Below are positions 46,244-57,396 of a stretch of 64,000 bases of DNA, in pieces. Every line of letters begins with the position of its first letter. Positions within the stretch are counted from its first letter, which is position 1. Source of the stretch: Deltaproteobacteria bacterium (GTDB lineage: Bacteria; Myxococcota; Kuafuiibacteriia; Kuafuiibacteriales; Kuafuiibacteriaceae); assembly GCA_040218735.1 (NCBI GenBank), contig JAVJQW010000043.1:32001-96000 (forward strand), in the 5' to 3' direction. The translations under genes were made by a program, and so were the position numbers. The notes beneath the pieces were generated by a model, which worked only from the letters and a program-made list of their open reading frames with translations, ran no database searches and had not been told where the DNA came from.

Positions 46244-47434
46244 TCAGCTCACGCGCTCCAAGACGACCGCGATCCCCTGGCCGCCGCCGATGCACGCCGA
46301 GCCGACCGCGTAGCGGCCCTCGCGGCGCTGGAGCTCGTAGACGAGGTGCGACGTGATGCGCGCGCCCGAGGCGCCCAGCGGGTGGCCGAGCGCGATCGCG
46401 CCGCCGTTCACGTTCGTCTTCTCGCGCGGCAGGCCGAGCTCCTTCTCGACCGCGATGTACTGCGGCGCGAAGGCTTCGTTCACCTCGAAGACGTCGATCT
46501 GGTCCTGCTCGAGGCCGGCGCGCCCCAGCGCCTTCTTGATCGCCGGCGCCGGGCCGATGCCCATGATCTTCGGGTCCACGCCCGTGATGCCCCAGTCGAC
46601 CAGACGCGCGAGCGGACGCAGGCCCTTCTTCTCCGCCGCCTCGCGCGACGCGATGACCAACGACGCCGCGCCGTCACAGATGCCCGACGCGTTGCCGGCC
46701 GTGACCACGCCGTCCTTCTTGAAGACCGGGCGGAGCTTCGAGAGGATCTCGAGCGTCGTGTCGCCGCGCGGGTGCTCGTCGGTGTCGAACTGCACCTCGC
46801 CCTTGCGCGTCTTCAACGTGACCGGGACGATCTCGTCGGCGAACTTGCCGGCCTTGTTGGCCTCGGCCCACGTCTGCTGCGAGCGCAGCGCGTAGGTGTC
46901 CGCCGCCTCCCGCGTGATGTCGTACTTCTCGGCGAGGTTCTCCGCCGTGATCGCCATCGGGCAGCCGCAGTACGAGTCCGTCAGCGAGGCCCACAGCGAG
47001 TCCGCGAGCTCCGGCGACTTGCCGAACGGGAGCCCCCAGCGCGCGCCGTACACGACGTGCGGCGCCTGCGACATGTTCTCGGCGCCACCCACGAGACAAA
47101 TCTCGGCGTCGCCCAAGAGGATCTGCTCGGCGCCCGTCACCACGGACTGAAAGCCCGAGCCGCACAGCCGGTTCACCGTCAGCGCCGGCACCTCCTGCGG
47201 CACCCCGGCGCGCAGGCCCACGTGGCGCGCGTGGTAGATCGCGTCGGCCGACGTCTGCTGAACGTTCCCGAAGACGACGTGGTCGACGTCCTCCGGCTTC
47301 ACTTCGGCCTGCGCGAGCGCCGCCTTGGACGACTCCACCGCCAGGTCCGTCGCGGTCAGGTCCTTGAGCTTGCCGCCGAACGTGCCGAACGCCGTGCGCT
47401 TGGCCCCTACGATCCAGATCTCTCGTTTGGTCAT
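46244..47434 (-). CDS. Acetyl-CoA C-acyltransferase (thiolase)
   Basis: NRLCGSG, VNEAFA, GHPLGASG, CIGGGQG. Confidence 0.95.
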   Translation of the reverse strand: MTKREIWIVGAKRTAFGTFGGKLKDLTATDLAVESSKAALAQAEVKPEDVDHVVFGNVQQTSADAIYHARHVGLRAGVPQEVPALTVNRLCGSGFQSVVTGAEQILLGDAEICLVGGAENMSQAPHVVYGARWGLPFGKSPELADSLWASLTDSYCGCPMAITAENLAEKYDITREAADTYALRSQQTWAEANKAGKFADEIVPVTLKTRKGEVQFDTDEHPRGDTTLEILSKLRPVFKKDGVVTAGNASGICDGAASLVIASREAAEKKGLRPLARLVDWGITGVDPKIMGIGPAPAIKKALGRAGLEQDQIDVFEVNEAFAPQYIAVEKELGLPREKTNVNGGAIALGHPLGASGARITSHLVYELQRREGRYAVGSACIGGGQGIAVVLERVS

Positions 47435-47482
47435 GCTCCCGTTCTTTCCAAAACGGGCGCAGATCCGCAATTCAGATCGAGC

Positions 47483-47893
47483 CTAGATGTGGCGCTTCGG
47501 CGGGGGCGGGAGCTCCGGGGGGGCCTCCTCCGCATCGACCGCCTCCGGGCGCTTCTTGCGCACCAGGCGATCCGCGCTCTTCCGGCCCAGGTGCTCGCCC
47601 GCCATCTGCCCCATCATCCCGCCGCAGAACGCGCCCGCGAGGCGGCCCACGCCGGGGAACCAGATGCCGGCCAGAGAGCCGATCGCCGCGCCGCCGACCG
47701 TGCCGGTCAACGAGCCGAGGTGCACTCCCGCGCGACGCTTGAACTCCTCCTCGGAGATCTCCCCCGATTGGAACTTGTAGGCTTCCTGACCGAAACGAAT
47801 GCCGAGCGCCATCGCGGCCGCGACGGCCATCGGGCTCTTGAGCCGGTCGCTCACCCAGTCGGGGAGCTTCGGCAGCTTGGGGACTTTGGGCAT
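47483..47893 (-). CDS. Glycine-zipper protein (paralog B)
   Basis: GEISEEEFKRRAGVHLGSLTGTVGGAAIG...GGMMGQMAG. Confidence 0.75.
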   Translation of the reverse strand: MPKVPKLPKLPDWVSDRLKSPMAVAAAMALGIRFGQEAYKFQSGEISEEEFKRRAGVHLGSLTGTVGGAAIGSLAGIWFPGVGRLAGAFCGGMMGQMAGEHLGRKSADRLVRKKRPEAVDAEEAPPELPPPPKRHI

Positions 47894-47905
47894 GGGCCCG
47901 TACCT

Positions 47906-48334
47906 CTAGAGGTGGCGCTTGATGGGTTCGGGGCGCGCCGGGCCCTCTTCGGCCGCCGGGGATTCGGGCGTTTCACCCTGCGCGGAGCGGCTGCGCACCA
48001 GCTCTTCGGCGCGCTCGACGGCTTCGCGGCCGATCCGGCCGCCCGCCATCTCACCGACCATGCCCCCGGCGAAGGTCCCGATGATCGTCCCGATGCCGGG
48101 GACCACGGAGCCGGCCGCCGCGCCCGCCGCGGCGCCCGCGAGGCCGCCGCCCAGCGTGCCCAGGTGGCTACCGGTGCGCTTGCGGAACTCGGGCGGGTCG
48201 ATCTCGCCCTTCTTGAGGGAGAAGGCGTCCTTCCCGACGCGGAACGAGAGGGACAGGGTGCTGACCACCATGACCGGGTGACGCGTCAGACGACGCAGGA
48301 TTCGCTCGGGCAGGGTACGCTTCAGTGCTCGCAT
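47906..48334 (-). CDS. Glycine-zipper protein (paralog A)
   Basis: GEIDPPEFRKRTGSHLGTLGGGLAGAAAG...GGMVGEMAG. Confidence 0.75.
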   Translation of the reverse strand: MRALKRTLPERILRRLTRHPVMVVSTLSLSFRVGKDAFSLKKGEIDPPEFRKRTGSHLGTLGGGLAGAAAGAAAGSVVPGIGTIIGTFAGGMVGEMAGGRIGREAVERAEELVRSRSAQGETPESPAAEEGPARPEPIKRHL

Positions 48335-48381
48335 TCAACGGGTCTCCTGGGCAGCACGCCCATGATAGCACGAGCCGTCGA

Positions 48382-48627
48382 TCACCCCGAATGAGGGGCG
48401 ATCCGCCACAGCTCGGCCTCGTGAGAGATCTCTTCGGCCATCTTGTAGGCGGTGTAAGCGGCGACGATGTGGCAGACCCAACCGATGGCGCCCCCGGTCC
48501 CCACCCAGAAGCCGGGGGTGATGACCAGCCAGAACAGGCCGCGCAAGAAGTGTCCGTTGTAGATCTGCCCCAGGCCGGGGATGAGGAACGAGAGGACGGC
48601 CGCGAGGCCGGGGTTCTTGATGTCCAT
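48382..48627 (-). CDS. Small membrane protein (TM2-like)
   Basis: KNPGLAAVLSFLIPGLGQIYNG motif. Confidence 0.8.
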   Translation of the reverse strand: MDIKNPGLAAVLSFLIPGLGQIYNGHFLRGLFWLVITPGFWVGTGGAIGWVCHIVAAYTAYKMAEEISHEAELWRIAPHSG

Positions 48628-48753
48628 GCCCTCTCAAATTAGGTCCCCGCGCCGCCTCGTCCAGTGACGGCCCTCCCGTTCAACACCGCGGCGCTGTTCG
48701 CTATTCACCTTCCGCCCCTCGCCGTGGTACCGCCGCCGCGCGGAGGTTCGAAC

Positions 48754-51425
<2,672 letters not shown>

Positions 51426-51429
<4 letters not shown>

Positions 51430-52877
51430 CCCGAGCCCGACTATTCGCCGTGGCGCTGCTCGCCGCGGCGTGCGCCGAGGATGTGCCCGGCACGCCGCCG
51501 CCGGAGCAGGAGGTGTACTTCCCGCTCGGCGCCGAGGTCGTCACGCTCGACGACGCGGGCGAAGTGCTCGTCGTCGTGAACAGCAACTTCGACCAGCGCT
51601 ACAACGCCGGCTACGTCAGCACGTACAGCGTCGAGACGCTGACCTCGCTCGCCGGCTCCGGTGACGTGACGACGTTCGTCGACAGCCTCGAGGCCGCCTT
51701 CATCAGTCGCGTGCGCATCGAACAGTTCGGCGGCGACATCACGCTCAGCGACGGGACGCCACGTCGGGTCTTCGTCGCGTCGCGCGGGCGCAACGTCGTC
51801 ACGATGATCGGCCTCGCCGAAGACGGGACGCTGTTCTGTGACGACAGCCCTTCCGCGAAGCGCAGCGACGCCTTCGACTGCACGGCGGCGCACGAGGTGC
51901 GTACGTTTGCGGACGATCCGTTCCCCGTCGCGTTCGTTCCGCAGGACGGCGCCGGAAACGCCGTGGCGACGCTCGCCGTCGGGCACCTCACGGTGCGCGA
52001 CCTGGGCATCCGGAGCGACGCGGTCGTTCGGACCATCGAGTATCCGCGGTACGAAGAACGCGTCGCGCAGGACGTCGACCCCGAGGTCCACGTCTTCGAT
52101 CCGACCGAGACGAGCACCATCGGCCGCGAGGGCTTCTCGCAGGCCCAGTTCTCCAACAACGGCGGCGTCGCGGGGCTGGTGTTCTCGCCGCAGGCCGGGT
52201 TCGCTGCCACCGATGGCTCGCCGGCGGGCCGACTGCTCATCGCCTCCGCCGGGCAGCTGAACGTCTCCAACTCCCTCACGATCATCGCCGGGATCTTCGA
52301 AGACGGTGTCCTGCGGGCGAGCGGCACGCCGCTAGCGCTCGACGTCGCGACCTCCGCGATCCAGACCCGAGGCATCCGCGCCACCGCAGACGGTCGCCGC
52401 GCGTACGTCGGGATTCGCTTCCAGGAGGGGCAGACGATCACGCAGTTCAACTCGGGCGTCGCGATCGTCGACACGTCGTCGGCGTCGCCGCAGTTCGTGT
52501 CGGTGTTCGAGGTCGGCGAGGAGGGCTCGCGCCCCTCGCTCGTCGAGCGCGCCGACGCGCGGCTCCTCTACATCCCGGACCTGCGCCTCGACCGCATCTT
52601 CATCCTCGACGTCACCAACGACGAGCCGACGCTCGTGGGCAGCATCGTCGGTCGCGCGAACCGCGTGGTGAACGGCGAGCAGATCCAGGCGCGCACGCTC
52701 GCGTCGCCCGCGCAGGTTGCGTTCACGGCGGACGGCAACTTCGGGTTCGTGACCAACTTCCTCAACAGCACGATCGCCGTGCTGGATACGAGCGATCCGG
52801 ACCCGCGCAAACACCGGGTGATCGCCCGCCTCGGTCGCAACATCGATCCCGAAGGCGACATGGAGATGCCGCAGTGA
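51426..52877 (+). CDS. Lipoprotein, likely beta-propeller (YncE-like)
   Basis: Lipobox LAAAC; VNSNFDQRYNAG; beta-rich repeats; GTGA coupling to ppdK. Confidence 0.72.
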
Positions 52878-55153
52878 AACGCGCCGCCGTCATCCTGACC
52901 CTCGCCGCGTTGGTGTGGGGCTGCGACCAGGACCCGCCCGTGGAGAGCGCGAACATGCGTCGGCCGTCGGGGCTGCTCGCGATCGATCGCACGGTGTCGG
53001 AGACCTCGACCCGCTCCGACGTCCTGATCGTCGACTCCGAAGCCCAGGGCGTTCGTGTCCTGCAGTACCTCCACACCGACGACGGCGGCCTCGGGAAGCG
53101 CTTCCTCCCCGGACCGGTCGTCTTTTTCCCGCTGCTGGTCGCCGCGCCCGGGTATCCGACGCGTATCGCGATGAACGACGACGCCAACCGCGCCTTCGTC
53201 ATCGCGACCGTCGATGTGGGGCTCGACCTCGACACCGTGCGCGAGGGGCGAAGCTACGTTCACGTGCTCGACGTCCCGGAGCTGTCGACGACGGACCGCA
53301 TCACGCCGAACGACCACGTCCTGATCAACAGCCTCGACATCACGGAGCCGGAGCCGGGCGAAGTGTTCGTGCCCGTCGACATCGTCTCGCTCGGCGAGGT
53401 CGGCACGGGGACCTCGGCGGCGGACCGTGTCGCGGTCGGCTTCGACGCGCTGGGCTCGGGGGCAGGGCGCGTCGCCGTCTACGATTTCCTCCACAGCATC
53501 GCGGTGGGCTCGGCCGATCTCACGATCGAGCCGGTCGGCGTCTACGAGGTGCCGGGGGGCGTCTCCGATCTCGAGGTGCACAACGGTCGCGTCTACACCA
53601 CGAGCATCTTCGACAGCGCGACGAGCGCGCTGGCCAACGTCGTGACGGAGGTGCATCCGCTGCTCGGGGCCGTCCGCTCGTTGAACGCGGGCGGACCGAC
53701 GAGCGGTCTGCTCTCCGCGGGGCCGTTCGGGTTGCTCGCGCTCCGCGCCGACATCCCGTCGGTGGTGGTGTTCGACGGGGACCCCCTGAACCGCGCGACG
53801 CGCGTCTATCCTTCTCCGTACACGCCCTTGGAGGAGCGTGGTCAGGGGGGCGACGAGCTCGGGCGCATCGATCTTCGTGACTCCCCGCTGGGTCCCGCGG
53901 CCTTCGCGCCCAACGTTCCGATCCTGACCGTCAGCTCCGCGACGAGCGGCGAGAACGCGCCGGTGGTGATGGTGACGCACGCGAACGGGTTTGCTTCGTT
54001 CCTCTACGCGTCGGCCGACGATCCGAGCTCACCCGAGACGTTCGGCCTGGGGGTGGTGTCGGAGCCCGCGCCGACCGGCATCTATCTCGCGAACGGCGTG
54101 GCGAGCATCGCCGGGTGTGTCGCGGACACGACGCTCGACGTGGGCGACGCCAACCCCGAGTGTGAGGAGCCCATCGTCCAGGTCGCGACGCCCGGAGCGG
54201 GGCGGTATCGCGCGCGCTTCCGTGGGGCGATGGTCCGTTCGCGGAACGGGAACTGGGCGCCGACTTCCGCCTCGGAGCCGCGGGGCATCCTGTCGGACTA
54301 CGCGGGGATTTCGTACGTCGATCGGCAGGTTCGGGCGGGCGATCTCGTGAAGATGACGGCGCTCGACTTCGCGAACTGCCGAGGCGAAGACGACGAGGCT
54401 CCCGACGAGATCGAATACGACGGGGTCGTCACCGTGGTTCGCGACACTTCGGTCGAGATCGAGCTCACCGACGCGGCGCCGGGCTGCACCACGGGATCGT
54501 TCGACGTGTTCTTCTACGAGATCTTCCCGAGCGGCGATGAAGGCGTGCTCGTACAGCTCAGCGCCGGCGCGATCGTGGACGTCATCGAGCGTGTCCCCAG
54601 CACGCCGACGGAAGTCGCGCAGCAGGTCCGCATGACCTTCGGCGGCTCGCGACGCCCGAATGGGCTCCCGCCGCCGCTGGCCTTCGACCTCCTGACGAAC
54701 GATGCGTGCTCGCCGGGGACCACCGGAGACATCTGCAGCAGCTTGCTGGAGTGCGGGGCGGGGTGGGGCTGCGTCGCGCCGAACTTCAACTCGACGACCG
54801 AGGAGGAGGAGGAGGAGACCCCCGAGCCCACGGACGGCGAGCACGTCCCGACCCGCGTCGCGGGGCTGGCGCGCTGCGAGCCCTCGGTGTGCCCGCAGGC
54901 CGTGGGCACCTGCATGACCACGGCGTTCGACCGCGGTTGCCCGGGGCTGGAGGTCACGGTGCTCGGAACGCTCTCCGCGGAGGCGGATCTGAAGCAGGAC
55001 TCGGGTCAGCTGGCCTCTTCGGTGCCCTCTGCGGCCCCGGACGACGCCGTCTCGTTCGACGCCGGGCGGCACTTCCTGGTCTCCTATCCGGGCGCACGGA
55101 GCGTCGTCGAGGTCCGCACGGGATCCACGCTGGTCTTCGACCAGATCCGCTGA
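52874..55153 (+). CDS. Large lipoprotein of unknown function (beta-rich, Cys-rich insert)
   Basis: Lipobox VWGC; coupled to the previous gene. Confidence 0.72.
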   Translation: MKRAAVILTLAALVWGCDQDPPVESANMRRPSGLLAIDRTVSETSTRSDVLIVDSEAQGVRVLQYLHTDDGGLGKRFLPGPVVFFPLLVAAPGYPTRIAMNDDANRAFVIATVDVGLDLDTVREGRSYVHVLDVPELSTTDRITPNDHVLINSLDITEPEPGEVFVPVDIVSLGEVGTGTSAADRVAVGFDALGSGAGRVAVYDFLHSIAVGSADLTIEPVGVYEVPGGVSDLEVHNGRVYTTSIFDSATSALANVVTEVHPLLGAVRSLNAGGPTSGLLSAGPFGLLALRADIPSVVVFDGDPLNRATRVYPSPYTPLEERGQGGDELGRIDLRDSPLGPAAFAPNVPILTVSSATSGENAPVVMVTHANGFASFLYASADDPSSPETFGLGVVSEPAPTGIYLANGVASIAGCVADTTLDVGDANPECEEPIVQVATPGAGRYRARFRGAMVRSRNGNWAPTSASEPRGILSDYAGISYVDRQVRAGDLVKMTALDFANCRGEDDEAPDEIEYDGVVTVVRDTSVEIELTDAAPGCTTGSFDVFFYEIFPSGDEGVLVQLSAGAIVDVIERVPSTPTEVAQQVRMTFGGSRRPNGLPPPLAFDLLTNDACSPGTTGDICSSLLECGAGWGCVAPNFNSTTEEEEEETPEPTDGEHVPTRVAGLARCEPSVCPQAVGTCMTTAFDRGCPGLEVTVLGTLSAEADLKQDSGQLASSVPSAAPDDAVSFDAGRHFLVSYPGARSVVEVRTGSTLVFDQIR

Positions 55154-55243
55154 CGGCACCAAAACTTCACGATTCAGCACCCCGGGGCGGTCGACAACTT
55201 GTGGCGACCCTTGGGTTTGCTACACTCCGACGGCAAATTCGCC

Positions 55244-57394
55244 ATGTTCCAGATCACGATCAACGAAAAGGGCGGGCCGGCGAAGCAAGAGAGCTTCGAC
55301 AAGACCGAGATCACGATCGGCCGAGTGCAGGGCAACGATGTGATCCTTCCGAAGGGCAACATCTCCAAGCGCCACTCGCGGATCGTGCTCAAGGACAACA
55401 AGTTCATCATCGTCGACCTCAAGTCGACGAACGGGACGTACGTCAACGGCAAGAAGATCACTGCGCCGCAGGTGGTCAAATCGACCGACAAGATCTACAT
55501 CGGCGACTTCACCCTTCAGCTCCAGCCCTCGAACGGTGCAGCCCCTGCGCCCGAACCTGTGGAGGCGAGCCCCCGCGGTCGCAGCGCGGCCGCCGACGAA
55601 GGCATCGATCTGTTTGGCGGTGACGCCGCGGACGACGAGCCGGAACCCGCCGGCGGTGGCGTCCCCGGCCTGATCGACGACAACTTCGATCAAGAGTTCG
55701 ACGCGCCCGACCCGGCGCCCAAGCTGCCGAAGCCCAAGCGCGCCTCGCGCCTTCCGGAGCCGGAGCCCGAGCCGGAGCCGGAGCCCGATCTGGAGCCCGC
55801 CGCCGAGCTCGACCTCGGGGGCGAAGACTTCGACGACGCGGATCTCGACGGCGACTTCGATCTCCCCGAGCCCGAGCCGGAACCCGACCTCGAGCCGGAA
55901 CCCGAGCCGGAGCCGCCCCGCGCGGCCGTCGTGCCGATGAAGAAGAAGGCGAGCGCACGGGGGGCGCCCTCGCGCGTGCGGCCGTCACCCAAGCGCGCGG
56001 AGCCGGAGCCCGAGCCCGACGACTTCTTCGACGACGCGCCCGAAGACGACTTCGACGACGCGCCGCAGACCGCGCTCCCGTCCGCCGCGCCCGTCGCACC
56101 GCTCGCGCCCGCTGCGCCGGTGGCCGCCGTCGCGGCGGCGGCGCCGATGGATCGCGAGGAAGCGGTGCGCCTGTGCCACTTGTATGTGGTCGACGCGCTC
56201 GGCCTCGCGGGGATGGAGCTTTCGGCGCTCCCGAGCCAGCGCAGCCGCGCCGTGCAGATCGCCGAGGCCTGGGTCGCGCGCCAGCAGCGCATCGGGCGGA
56301 TCGATCCGCTCGACGCCGAGGACCTCGCCGAAGAGGCCGCGAGCCTCGCGGTCGACCTGTCGCTCGTCCTCGACCTCGTGCAGGACGAGACGGTCGTCGA
56401 GATCGCGGTGACCCACGACCGGCAGGTGCTCGCGGATCGCGAAGGTCGGCTCGAGCCGATCGACCGGATGATCAGCAGCGAGGACCAGGTCGTCGCGTTG
56501 ATCCGACGCCTCGCGGCGCTCGGTGGGCAGTCGCCGACCGCAGAGCACCCCCTCGTCGACGTGCGGCTGCGGGACGGCGCGCGGGTCGTCGCGTCGTTGC
56601 CGCCGCTGTCGTTCCGCGGGCCGACGCTCTCGTACCGGAAGACGACGCGCGACTTCTACACGCTGGACCGTTTGTTCGAGGAGTACTCGACGATCTCGGA
56701 GGGGATGCTCCGGTTCATCGACTACTGCGTGCGCTTCAAGCAGAACCTGCTCTTGTCGGTCGCGCCGGGCGTGACGCCCACCGCGACGATGAACGCGCTC
56801 GTCGCGCAGATGGCGCCCGACGAGCGGATCGTCAGCATCGAGACGGGCATCGAGCTGCACCTCGCTTCGCACAAGAACGTCACGGCGCTCGAGCGCTGCG
56901 GTGACATCAACGACGCTCAGCTCGTCGACCACGCGCTTGCGCTCCAGGCCGACCGCATCGTGATCGGCTCCCTCGCCGGGTCGTCCTGCGGACGCGTGCT
57001 CGAGGCGATCGCGGGTCCGCTGGAGGGATCGGTCGCGGGGTACTCGGCGTCGACGCCGGAGGCCGCGCTGGATCGCATCGCCAAGCGAGAGCTCGCGCCG
57101 GCGCTCGGCGGTGACGTCGCGGAGGCACGTCGGATCGTCGCCCAGGCGTTCCCGGTGGTGCTGCAGGAGCAGAAGTTCCTCGACAACAGTCGGCGCATCA
57201 CCAAGATCAGCGAGATCCTCGTCGACGACGGCGAGGTCCGCGTTCAGGACATCTTCCAGTTCAAGCCCGAGGGTGTGGACGAGAACCAGATCGTGACCGG
57301 CTCGTTCTCCGCGACCGGGCACGTGCCGCGTTTCCTCGAAGAGTTGGTGGACCGGGGTGAGGCCGACGTGGACATGGACATCTTCAAGAGCTGA
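55244..57394 (+). CDS. FHA domain + degenerate TadA/CpaF-like secretion ATPase
   Basis: FHA IGRVQGND..SKRH..DLKSTNGT; PLVDVRLRDGARV...PPLS..GPTLS.RK; ERIVSIE..EL; SRRITKISE; Walker A/B not intact. Confidence 0.85.
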   Translation: MFQITINEKGGPAKQESFDKTEITIGRVQGNDVILPKGNISKRHSRIVLKDNKFIIVDLKSTNGTYVNGKKITAPQVVKSTDKIYIGDFTLQLQPSNGAAPAPEPVEASPRGRSAAADEGIDLFGGDAADDEPEPAGGGVPGLIDDNFDQEFDAPDPAPKLPKPKRASRLPEPEPEPEPEPDLEPAAELDLGGEDFDDADLDGDFDLPEPEPEPDLEPEPEPEPPRAAVVPMKKKASARGAPSRVRPSPKRAEPEPEPDDFFDDAPEDDFDDAPQTALPSAAPVAPLAPAAPVAAVAAAAPMDREEAVRLCHLYVVDALGLAGMELSALPSQRSRAVQIAEAWVARQQRIGRIDPLDAEDLAEEAASLAVDLSLVLDLVQDETVVEIAVTHDRQVLADREGRLEPIDRMISSEDQVVALIRRLAALGGQSPTAEHPLVDVRLRDGARVVASLPPLSFRGPTLSYRKTTRDFYTLDRLFEEYSTISEGMLRFIDYCVRFKQNLLLSVAPGVTPTATMNALVAQMAPDERIVSIETGIELHLASHKNVTALERCGDINDAQLVDHALALQADRIVIGSLAGSSCGRVLEAIAGPLEGSVAGYSASTPEAALDRIAKRELAPALGGDVAEARRIVAQAFPVVLQEQKFLDNSRRITKISEILVDDGEVRVQDIFQFKPEGVDENQIVTGSFSATGHVPRFLEELVDRGEADVDMDIFKS
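55750..56020 (+). repeat. Pro-Glu (gagccg/gagccc) low-complexity coding repeats
   Basis: Several PEPEPEPE runs in an acidic linker. Confidence 0.7.
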
Positions 57395-57396
57395 CC

